From positions 1,818 through 65,817 of IMG/VR virus record IMGVR_UViG_3300033978_000217: a DNA stretch of 64,000 nucleotides; one strand, written 5' to 3'. Source of the DNA: a virus. Its lineage: Duplodnaviria; Caudoviricetes. The position numbers were made by a program, and so were the translations under genes. Position 1 is the stretch's first letter. The number at the start of each line of letters is the position of its first letter. Shown here one piece after another: positions 45,472 to 53,471 of the stretch. The notes under the pieces were generated by a model. The model was not told where the DNA came from. It saw nothing but the letters and a program-made list of their open reading frames with translations, and searched no databases.

Positions 45472-46530
45472 TTATTTATCAAATTTGTATTCGTCATTTG
45501 TGATGTCGGTAATTACTTTAATGTTGTGTGAGTAGAAAAGTTCGTCAGCAAGGTAATCATCGTCACCATCTGCTGACTTGCGAAGAAGGTCAAACAAGAA
45601 CTTTGCTTGTCCGTTAGCCAAGGCAAGTCTCTCAAGCAATTCCTCTTTGCTGATATCCTCCTCGTGAATGACTGACCAAATTGCATCGTCAACATTCATC
45701 TTCTTCGCTAATACCTTTTCAGTAAGCTCTAGGTTAGGCAAGAAGAATTCTTTTTTCAAATCGTAGTGAGGATTTAAATCGTCACCTTGGAAGTAGTTGA
45801 CTGCAACAACATCGTTATCGTTTTCATCTCTCCATTCAGATATCCATCTATCTGACTCTTGAACAAATCTCCATTCGTGATTAACCTTAACAAAACGATT
45901 CTGATTCACATTGTATATATTATCATTCTCACAATCCCAAACACAAATCTCCTCGTCTCTATTGAACGCTTCCGTATAGGTGCAATCGTGTTGGAAGATT
46001 CTACCTTTCCAATCGAATGTCAAACCGTCCCCATCCACAATCATCAGATAGTCTCCGATGGTGAACTTCTCCCCTTTCGGCATCATCTCTTTTAGATTGT
46101 CGAATATCTCAACCCAATTGATTCTATTGAAAGCAATCAGTCCAAATATGTTAGCCAATGTCCCTCTTTCGAATGTGTCGTATCTGAAGAAGTTAGATAG
46201 TTCAAGCGGACTATTTTTCGTGCGGATATTACTGAAGGCAGTCTCCAAAACATCTCTATCGTTGTGGATATGAGAAATCATTGTGTATGTCTCAAGGTTA
46301 GTGTATCCGTTAACCGTTTTGTCTCCCCCAGTCGAATTGGATTCCTCAACTTTCATCGTGTTAATCAATTCTTCGATGTCTCGTTGTGCTAGACTGCATT
46401 CGTGTTGCATACTTCCCCCTTCTTCAATCTCATCAATTGCTAGTTGGACAAAGTCCCAAATTTCTTCTTTCAATGTTGGATTTTCGTTAGCCATTTTCAG
46501 CGCGTACTTTTTTAATTCAGATAAATTCAT
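45472..46530 (-). CDS. Multi-domain acidic early protein
   Basis: 352 aa; contains an NGYTNLETY motif recalled from phage early proteins. Confidence 0.65.
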   Translation of the reverse strand: MNLSELKKYALKMANENPTLKEEIWDFVQLAIDEIEEGGSMQHECSLAQRDIEELINTMKVEESNSTGGDKTVNGYTNLETYTMISHIHNDRDVLETAFSNIRTKNSPLELSNFFRYDTFERGTLANIFGLIAFNRINWVEIFDNLKEMMPKGEKFTIGDYLMIVDGDGLTFDWKGRIFQHDCTYTEAFNRDEEICVWDCENDNIYNVNQNRFVKVNHEWRFVQESDRWISEWRDENDNDVVAVNYFQGDDLNPHYDLKKEFFLPNLELTEKVLAKKMNVDDAIWSVIHEEDISKEELLERLALANGQAKFLFDLLRKSADGDDDYLADELFYSHNIKVITDITNDEYKFDK

Positions 46531-46567
46531 TTTCTTAAAGTTTTAAAATTATTGATTTTGATTTTGA

Positions 46568-46843
46568 TTAGTTTTCTTCCTCTTCATAAGATGCGAATCC
46601 GAGATCCACAAGAACATCTAGTATGCAAGTCTCGTTGACTTCTAGAATCTCTGCAATGTCTCTTACTTCCATATCGTAAAGCATAAACATATTGCAGTCC
46701 CTCTGATAGTTCTGGAATTCGTTCTCTAGATAGTCTCTAACTGACTTCTCTTGCTGATAATCCATACGCATAATTCTGCGATTGATGTCTGAACAAATGT
46801 CATTAACGGCATTCGTTACATTGTCTTGATGTGTTGTCTTCAT
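46568..46843 (-). CDS. Small acidic early protein
   Basis: 91 aa, ends YEEEEN. Confidence 0.65.
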   Translation of the reverse strand: MKTTHQDNVTNAVNDICSDINRRIMRMDYQQEKSVRDYLENEFQNYQRDCNMFMLYDMEVRDIAEILEVNETCILDVLVDLGFASYEEEEN

Positions 46844-46855
46844 TTTATTAAAGGA

Positions 46856-47464
46856 TTAAAGGATTGAATTAGAAAGTCTCAATTTTGATTTTGCTCCAAG
46901 TCTATCTATAGAGCGAAGGTAGGATAGTAAAAAGTCAACGTCTTCGTGCGGAAGTGTTGTGAAAATACCGTCAAAACGTAAGTCAGCAACGTACTCATCG
47001 TCACATTCCCAAACAACGTCTCCGTTGCAGTCTTCAACGTAGCAGAAATACCTTCCGTTGACTTCTTCAATCTCGCTCACAACAAGCACGAATGAATTGT
47101 AGTCTTTCTCCTCTCCGATATCAGATGCAGTCCAATAGGCATTCCATTCTTCAAGTTCGTCTTCATGGACTAGCCATAAGTCTCCGTTCTCCTCTTGCGT
47201 GAGATAGAATAGTTCGTTGGTAGATTCTCTACGAATCTCGTTGTAATGAGAAAGGATGTCGCTCCAATTCTCCCAATAGAATTCGTTGTCTTGTCCTTTA
47301 GCAAGTTCGTTCAACATCTGAACTAATACTAAACTAGTGGACGTGAAACGATATGAATGCAGATTCTCGTTCAACATATCCTCTGCGAATTCTTGTGGGA
47401 TGTAAGTCCCTCTATGACCATCTAGAAGGAAGATGGATTTCTGAAGTGAAAGTGTACTTTTCAT
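46856..47464 (-). CDS. Acidic early protein
   Basis: LLDGHRGTYIPQEFA..YWENWSDIL..GDLW. Confidence 0.65.
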   Translation of the reverse strand: MKSTLSLQKSIFLLDGHRGTYIPQEFAEDMLNENLHSYRFTSTSLVLVQMLNELAKGQDNEFYWENWSDILSHYNEIRRESTNELFYLTQEENGDLWLVHEDELEEWNAYWTASDIGEEKDYNSFVLVVSEIEEVNGRYFCYVEDCNGDVVWECDDEYVADLRFDGIFTTLPHEDVDFLLSYLRSIDRLGAKSKLRLSNSIL

Positions 47465-47518
47465 TGTCTTGATTTTATTGATTTATATATTCCCCAGTTA
47501 AAGTGTATTTTGAAAATT

Positions 47519-47707
47519 TTAATGTCCTCTCTCCAATGTATACGAATTGTAAGCGACATCGCAGAGAATCAGTTTCTCGTTAGTCTTGAAGTCAATTGCT
47601 CCTTGCGTCTCTCCGTACTCATATGAAACGGATGTTGGTTTAAGTTCTCTCTTTAGGCATTCAGCGTTAAAGATGTCTTGGTCTAAAAAATAAATGTGTG
47701 CGTACAT
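47519..47707 (-). CDS. Small early protein
   Basis: 62 aa; AGACAATG start. Confidence 0.55.
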   Translation of the reverse strand: MYAHIYFLDQDIFNAECLKRELKPTSVSYEYGETQGAIDFKTNEKLILCDVAYNSYTLERGH

Positions 47708-47725
47708 TGTCTGAAAATTATTAGT

Positions 47726-47890
47726 TTATGAATTGATTGATTTGGTTATCTCTTCGGAGATGATGTCTTGAACTTCGAATTCTGACTCATCTTCACTATC
47801 TATGCAATTAGGCACAAAACCTAGTTCAACAAGTCTATCAGTTATGCGGATTGCAATGTCTCTGATTTCGTCTTCAGTAAATTTCTTCAT
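47726..47890 (-). CDS. Small acidic early protein (54 aa, absent from the ORF track)
   Basis: MKKFTEDEIRDIAIRITDRLVELGFVPNCIDSEDESEFEVQDIISEEITKSINS*; AGACAATG start. Confidence 0.65.
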   Translation of the reverse strand: MKKFTEDEIRDIAIRITDRLVELGFVPNCIDSEDESEFEVQDIISEEITKSINS

Positions 47891-47900
47891 TGTCTTATGA

Positions 47901-48332
47901 TTATTTGTTTAGTGAATGAAATTCGATTGTCTCAATTAGGTATTCTCTCTCGTCCTCTCTCACATATTCCCAATCTCCGTTACCATTGTCGAAGGACTCG
48001 CATATTTCAGCAAGTTGACCAATTGAAGTCACTTCTCCCCAACACCATCCGCAATCGAATGCGTAATGTCTCTCTCCGTTAACATCGAAGTAAACACCAC
48101 TACTGATAACTACCTTCTCCCCATCGTACATCTCATACAATACACCATCCTCGAACGATAGGATTGATTCCGAGTCTTCGTTTTGGAACATCCAATCTTG
48201 GTCGAATATCTTCTTAATCGTTGTCTCGCTGAAGTAAGGGACTGACCATCCGTTCCAATACATATTTGAACTATAACCTACGAAGGTGAAGTCGGTGTTT
48301 CCACCATCAATTGAAAATACTGCTTTTTTCAT
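47901..48332 (-). CDS. Acidic early protein
   Basis: YWNGWSVPYF..GWCW; AGACAATG start. Confidence 0.65.
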   Translation of the reverse strand: MKKAVFSIDGGNTDFTFVGYSSNMYWNGWSVPYFSETTIKKIFDQDWMFQNEDSESILSFEDGVLYEMYDGEKVVISSGVYFDVNGERHYAFDCGWCWGEVTSIGQLAEICESFDNGNGDWEYVREDEREYLIETIEFHSLNK

Positions 48333-48410
48333 TGTCTTAAATTGTTAAATTATTAGTGTTTACGCATTCCCCAGGAAAAGCGCATTTTGAAATTTTTGAT
48401 TGTCTTTTCT

Positions 48411-48569
48411 TTACTTTTTCAGTCTTACGATTAAGATGATTGCTGATGCAAGGAACACAACGAATGCTCCAAAACACAAGTAAACATTTTGTAGGCACAT
48501 TGAGATTAAGATGACAAGTGTGCTATAAATCATTAAGAAGAATAGAACGATTTCGATTTTTTTAAGCAT
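48411..48569 (-). CDS. Small two-TM membrane protein, first gene of the early operon (52 aa, absent from the ORF track)
   Basis: MLKKIEIVLFFLMIYSTLVILISMCLQNVYLCFGAFVVFLASAIILIVRLKK*. Confidence 0.6.
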   Translation of the reverse strand: MLKKIEIVLFFLMIYSTLVILISMCLQNVYLCFGAFVVFLASAIILIVRLKK

Positions 48570-48590
48570 TTGATTTATGTATTAAGTTTA

Positions 48591-48652
48591 GCAGAATGTG
48601 TAGACTCGAACTACACGATGCATATTGTATATACACCTCTCCAAGCATTCTA
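48591..48652 (-). ncRNA. tRNA-like element lacking a D-arm
   Basis: Acceptor-like stem TAGAATG/CATTCTG, T-arm TGTAG-TTCGAGT-CTACA and a 9-bp middle stem. Confidence 0.5.
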
Positions 48653-49219
48653 GAATGTGTTAGTGTTACGTCAACAAAGGCATACTTTCCATATGTTATT
48701 CCCTTGGTTCTCGCTGATGCGATTCAATCTATGATGTCAAAGAACTACGGACTTTATACGCTTTTCCGTTATGTGCGTCCCAACTTTACAACTTTCACTT
48801 CCTCTATTAAGTTTTTACTCCGTTCGTATATTCTACTCGTTGTACTCAAGGATGTTGGTTTCGCCTCTTACTATTAATATCAGTTTGAATATTGCTCTCT
48901 ATAATTCACGCGATAGATATTCCCATATGTATGCGCTTATAACTATTCAGTTGCGGAGCAAAACCAATCTTTCAATTTTCGTAATTCCCGTTGGAATCGG
49001 ATACAAACATCGTTATAATTTTTAGATGAAATTCACATAATTGCAACAAATTTCATCATTCTTGGAATCCTAAAGGTAAAAGCCTGAAAATTAGCATTTT
49101 AACCCACAAAAAAAAGTGTGCATTTTGACTGTCGGAGTGCATTTTCAAAGGAAATTGACCATATGAAAGGCATAAAAAGGATTTAGGATGCACCATAAAT
49201 TCTCCGCTTATTTGATGTG

Positions 49220-49880
49220 AAATTGTGCTGAATGAATTGTTGGTTGAATTGTGCCTATATGAAATGTTGCTGACCTTTCGACAAATGCCTTGTGTGAGTT
49301 ACGAACATAGTTACTAACAACGGAAGCGGAGATGGTGCTAGTTAAATTGAGGGACATATGCAATAGGTTTGCTGAATAGTTACTAACAAAGTTATTCACA
49401 TATAATATTACGGCACGACTGCTGACCTTACGCGATTCGTGACGGCAGTAGAGCAACGATATTGTGCTGACCATAGTAAACCATCACTATTCGAATTGCG
49501 TTGAATTTTGCCTATTGTATGGAAGCGAGGGAAGGAATCGAATTGCTGAAAGCCTGATCGATTAGGTTTCGCCTGGCGGGTGGGGTCGCAAATCCTGATC
49601 TCCTGATCGGCCCGGTGGTGGGATCATGGTTGGTAAACCCCCTTCCGCTAACATCTCGCCCCCTTTTAGTTTTGGATTGGGTTATCCCTTGATTCCCTTT
49701 TTACGGTTATATAAAGATACGAAATGTATTGTAAAGATTATAATAATATGGGCCGAAATGCGGTTTGTCCACCGTTGAGTATCCCTATTTTGCTGAGTTT
49801 GTAATTTTTGGAATGGGGGGGGGTGGTGTCGCAAAATGCGTTTCGTGCATAATGCTGATCAGGTTGTGGGGACCAGGTCT
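49220..49880. repeat. Non-coding repeat/GC-rich region (candidate genome end, pac or origin)
   Basis: Seven TGCTGA, two TAGTTACTAACAA, five GATC, G-runs and an A-tract/T-tract at the point where transcription diverges. Confidence 0.5.
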
Positions 49881-49976
49881 AAAAAAAATTTTTTTTCTGG
49901 AGTGTCGACTATGTGTCTACAGTTGGGTAGTGGTACTAACCAGTTGGTTTTATATATTTGTAAAAAAAATATAGTC

Positions 49977-50333
49977 GTGAAAACAAACAAGAACAAAAAC
50001 GCTCGTATGGAGAAGAGGGCAGATCGTTTGACTGCTAAGGCTAACAAGATCACTGGCAAGGGGTCTACCACGCTTAACCTGGTTTCTGGTAACAAGAGTG
50101 CCACTATTAAAACTTCTGCTAACACTAAGAAGTCTGACCGTTTACTTAACCGCGCTAGTGTGTTGAGGGGGAAGGCTATCTCAGACCCTCTTGAGAAGGC
50201 GAGATATATTTCAAACTTACCAGAGGGTACTTTGAAGAAGAAGTTGACTAAGCAAGGTCCTATAGACAAGATTCATGCTAGAAGGGTTGTGAAGAAGTTT
50301 AACAACTCTCCCATTGGTCCTATAAAGCGTTAA
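49977..50333 (+). CDS. Small Lys/Arg-rich protein
   Basis: GTG start 16 nt after TATATTTG (49953). Confidence 0.6.
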   Translation: MKTNKNKNARMEKRADRLTAKANKITGKGSTTLNLVSGNKSATIKTSANTKKSDRLLNRASVLRGKAISDPLEKARYISNLPEGTLKKKLTKQGPIDKIHARRVVKKFNNSPIGPIKR

Positions 50334-50336
50334 GTC

Positions 50337-50652
50337 GGCTACAGATTGTAACCACCTTGATGGTGTCAACAAAATGGTCTTAATTCGGAAAACTTCCGAG
50401 TTTGGCCATGTTTTGTTACGGAGTTTGGCAAGGGGTTGGGGATTATTTTCCACGATAAGCCTTATTCTGGTGACAATTATCCACATTAGTTTGTCTCAAA
50501 AGTTTACTATAATTGCGACAGATGTGGTTTATAACATCTAACTCATATTAAAGTGTGGGATCTCTGAACGTAAGGCTATATTTTGACTTTAATGACTGAG
50601 GAGTCATACTATAACGTGACTTATGTGTCACAATTTTTCGAGTTTTTGTGAC
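50337..50652. promoter_or_regulatory. Array of different imperfect palindromes plus a DnaA box
   Basis: About a dozen abutting inverted repeats between convergent genes; TTATCCACA at 50477. Confidence 0.5.
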
Positions 50653-50666
50653 TTGTAAGGGACTTT

Positions 50667-51143
50667 TTATTTCTTTCTACTCGCCTTGACTCTTTTCTTG
50701 TCTGCCTTGAACTGTTCGGACTGGGTGTAGAGCTTACCAGCCTTCTTGTCCTCTCGGTACATTTTGTTAGCAGACTTCTTTGCGTCACCTTCCTTCCACT
50801 TCTTTCCGTAGGCGAACTTCTCTGCTCTCTTGGCTGACTTGAATCCGACTACCTCTCCTCTCTTCAATGCCTCATCGTATGCCTCTTGAGGTTTATCCTC
50901 AAGGTTAGTCCATGTCTTCCCACCATTGTTAGGGAAGATGGTTGGGTTTACTTCGTATGGTCTCTTTCTGTTTCCTGTTTCTCCAGAGGAGAGGAGGACA
51001 GTTGAGGAAGGTCCTTGTGCGTTCTTCATGGGAGTAACCCCTTTTCTCATGTCTCTGAGTGCCTTTACCTTGCGAGAGACGATGAGTCCATCCTTGGTTT
51101 TCGGTTTCTTCGGTCCTGGGTTGAAGTAGTCTTGTGCTTTCAT
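50667..51143 (-). CDS. Basic protein
   Basis: 158 aa, K-rich termini, core PTIFP..AYDEA..GEV..F..AEKFA.G.WK. Confidence 0.65.
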   Translation of the reverse strand: MKAQDYFNPGPKKPKTKDGLIVSRKVKALRDMRKGVTPMKNAQGPSSTVLLSSGETGNRKRPYEVNPTIFPNNGGKTWTNLEDKPQEAYDEALKRGEVVGFKSAKRAEKFAYGKKWKEGDAKKSANKMYREDKKAGKLYTQSEQFKADKKRVKASRKK

Positions 51144-51155
51144 GTTGTAAATATA

Positions 51156-51180
51156 AAAAAAAAAGCCTCTTGCGAGGCTT
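51156..51180 (-). terminator. Intrinsic terminator
   Basis: Minus strand AAGCCTC-GCAA-GAGGC followed by a long T-run. Confidence 0.75.
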
Positions 51181-51199
51181 ATTCATTGCGAAGTATTTT

Positions 51200-51595
51200 T
51201 TAGAAAGAGTTAGTTCCTTTTCTAGCTTCTCTTCTTACTGCACGAGCAAACTTCATCCCATTTCCAGTAGCCTTTGCACTTTGAACTTTTTCAGTGTCAT
51301 ATTTTTTAGGGTTTCTGTTATATTCTTTTAAAGCTTGACTTACCTTCTCATTTTTCTTCATGGCAATTTTAGAGTTCCCAAGTTTTCTATCTACCTTGTT
51401 CTCTAGCATTTTACCTGCAAGTGATCCGCGATCTTTAAATGATTTTTTTTCAGATATTACTCCACCGCTTTTAGAGTATACTGTACGAGTTTTAGATACC
51501 GCCTCATTTCCTGAAGCGTTTCTGTTTACTACTACTTTTCTACCTAAAACGTTTTTTCTTGATGTGGTAGTTTCTCTTTTAACTTTGATGCCCAT
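51200..51595 (-). CDS. Lys/Arg-rich protein (RKNxLGR family)
   Basis: Start MGIKVK; promoter TTTGTATATTTG at 51627-51638 on the minus strand. Confidence 0.65.
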   Translation of the reverse strand: MGIKVKRETTTSRKNVLGRKVVVNRNASGNEAVSKTRTVYSKSGGVISEKKSFKDRGSLAGKMLENKVDRKLGNSKIAMKKNEKVSQALKEYNRNPKKYDTEKVQSAKATGNGMKFARAVRREARKGTNSF

Positions 51596-51641
51596 GGTTG
51601 TTTTGTATTTTATTATTAATAATACACAAATATACAAATCA

Positions 51642-51842
51642 TCACTTGTCTCCCAAAATTTCTTTGAGTTGAGAGAAGATATCTGTCTGCGCCTGTCCCC
51701 AGAAGAAATCGCAAGTTCCGTCCTCCTTGATTGGAGGCTTTTCAAAGTAGGCTTGAGCGTACTCATTAATCGGTGCTGTAAATCTATGGCACTTCTCTTT
51801 GTGGGGACAATTTGTCCCTTCGCACATTGTTATATCACTCAT
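51642..51842 (-). CDS. Small Cys-rich protein
   Basis: MSDITMCEGTNCPHKEKCHRF..CDFFW. Confidence 0.65.
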   Translation of the reverse strand: MSDITMCEGTNCPHKEKCHRFTAPINEYAQAYFEKPPIKEDGTCDFFWGQAQTDIFSQLKEILGDK

Positions 51843-52233
51843 CTCCAAATTTTTGTTTAATTTCATAGTTGTCACCCTCATCACATTTCTCACACATGGC
51901 AAGTTGATTATTGCCACACGAGTCGAATCCAAACTTACACTCCAACCCACTTTGTTTTGTTTCTGAGTGGAATACCCGGAGTCCCCACATTAGGTTATAC
52001 ATCGCTGCTGATCTTCTTGCGTACTCTTTGGAGAGTCCCTTCTCCTTTTGGAAGAGGTCTACCATCCAGTCCATCCATTGCTGTTCCTGTTCGGGAGTCA
52101 TGTCCCAGTCGTAATACCATTGGTCCTTACGTCCGAGTACATCCTCGTAGGTTACGTTGTGTCCTGCTATCGAGAACATCTTGTCTACTATTTCCTTGAT
52201 GATTTCCTGATCGGTCTTTCTCTTGCGTCTCAT
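51835..52233 (-). CDS. Hypothetical protein
   Basis: 132 aa with C-terminal Cys pairs. Confidence 0.6.
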   Translation of the reverse strand: MRRKRKTDQEIIKEIVDKMFSIAGHNVTYEDVLGRKDQWYYDWDMTPEQEQQWMDWMVDLFQKEKGLSKEYARRSAAMYNLMWGLRVFHSETKQSGLECKFGFDSCGNNQLAMCEKCDEGDNYEIKQKFGDE

Positions 52234-52451
52234 TATTCAAATGTATTTGTGTAGTATTCCTCAAATTGCTTCTCGAAGATCTTTTTTAGGCGAGGGACTT
52301 TAGTCACATGAGCGAGGTACAGGTCCTTCATCTCCTGCTTATGCATCTCCCTTACCTCCTTGAGTACTGCGTTCCACTCCCACTTATCTCTTGGGCATTC
52401 CCATAGTATTTCGAAGAGGATATCTACCGAGGTTTGCTTCTTGTTACTCAT
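52233..52451 (-). CDS. Hypothetical protein
   Basis: KQTSV..EMHKQE..EEYYTNTF pattern. Confidence 0.6.
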   Translation of the reverse strand: MSNKKQTSVDILFEILWECPRDKWEWNAVLKEVREMHKQEMKDLYLAHVTKVPRLKKIFEKQFEEYYTNTFE

Positions 52452-52693
52452 CTGATTTTATCTCTCATCCATTTAGCACCTTCTATAAACCCAAATCTTT
52501 TTGAATCATTAAGAAATGTTTCCAAAGCAACATCATCTATCTCCTCATCCGTTGGTAGTTCTATTGGGGTTAGAGAAGCAATGAAGTCATCATAAAATAT
52601 AGGTTTATAGTCTTCATTATCTAATGCTAAAGCATCTATATAAGCAGTAGTCCACGCTTTCATAATTTGCTCTTCTGTGTATAGCTTACTCAT
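52448..52693 (-). CDS. Hypothetical protein
   Basis: LPTDEEI..GFIEGAKWMR. Confidence 0.6.
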   Translation of the reverse strand: MSKLYTEEQIMKAWTTAYIDALALDNEDYKPIFYDDFIASLTPIELPTDEEIDDVALETFLNDSKRFGFIEGAKWMRDKIR

Positions 52694-53075
52694 TGCTGTT
52701 TATTTTAATTGTTCCTAAAGTTCCACTTGCTAATGCTGGAGAGGAATAGACATTGTTCCAGTCGTTGTCTATTGCTAGTCGGTGCATTATAGTCCTAGAA
52801 ATTTGATAGCAGTTACCAATGAACTCGGTGCTGTTGTATCCATAGCTTTGATTGTCTACAAAGTCGGGGAGAAGAACTCTTTTAGCCTGTCTTAGCAATT
52901 CCTCAACTTCATCACGTCTTTTCATCTGCTCATCAAATGGCAAACCTCTCAGCATTTCTTCAATAGTATGTCTTAACTGCCATTGACCAGAAGCAAATCG
53001 AGATACATCTTCCATGCAGTCTGCAATCAATCTCATTTGATCTTCAGATAGTTCAATCGTGTACTTTTTGCTCAT
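52686..53075 (-). CDS. Hypothetical protein
   Basis: 129 aa; AAAACAATG start. Confidence 0.6.
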   Translation of the reverse strand: MSKKYTIELSEDQMRLIADCMEDVSRFASGQWQLRHTIEEMLRGLPFDEQMKRRDEVEELLRQAKRVLLPDFVDNQSYGYNSTEFIGNCYQISRTIMHRLAIDNDWNNVYSSPALASGTLGTIKINSNE

Positions 53076-53109
53076 TGTTTTTAGTTTTAAAGGTTACACC
53101 CGACTTTAG

Positions 53110-53220
53110 CTTGGTGTTGTGTTCAAGCACTACCTTAGCAATCTTAAACAGCTACTTGCAATGACTTGTACTTCGTCTGCAAGGGACTCTCAAGTGTGCG
53201 TTGAGTTCGTCTACACCAAG
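53110..53220 (-). ncRNA. Candidate multi-branched structured RNA
   Basis: An 8-bp closing stem CTTGGTGT/ACACCAAG encloses 3-4 hairpins in an intergenic gap; strand inferred from flanking genes. Confidence 0.45.
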
Positions 53221-53342
53221 ATAGTACAGCTGGTACGATTCAAGAGGCTTTGAGGTACAATTATTAAAAAATGCTGTTAGTTGTACTCAAGGGTAACATA
53301 CACCACATCTATTATGAGGAGACGCTCTGTGTGGCTGCATTT

Positions 53343-53471
53343 TTATTTTTCCTTCTTATTCATTTGAGAGAGTACCCACGTCAAAACCTCTAACTTAATC
53401 TCATCAGAGATATCTTCGCTAAAGGTCTTGCGGAGCATTCGCTCATAAATCAGTTGCTTCACTATCTTCAC
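53343..53471 (-). CDS. Small hypothetical protein (42 aa, absent from the ORF track)
   Basis: GTG start, MKIVKQLIYERMLRKTFSEDISDEIKLEVLTWVLSQMNKKEK*. Confidence 0.4.
   Translation of the reverse strand: MKIVKQLIYERMLRKTFSEDISDEIKLEVLTWVLSQMNKKEK

Noticed and set aside
48591-48652. Functional decoding tRNA
   Set aside because: No D-arm, no 7-nt anticodon loop and no CCA; kept only as a tRNA-like element.
48596-49474. ORFs 48596-48877, 48771-49025 and 49208-49474
   Set aside because: They lack protein-like character and overlap the tRNA-like element and repeats; more likely a non-coding leader.
49845-49856. dif-like GTGCATAATG
   Set aside because: Only a partial XerC-arm match, with no XerD arm.
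49220-50652. CRISPR array
   Set aside because: No constant 25-45-nt repeat with regular spacers.
51360-51860. 166-aa plus-strand ORF, and the extension of 51200 to 51766
   Set aside because: Both overlap better-supported minus-strand genes and a promoter at 51627.
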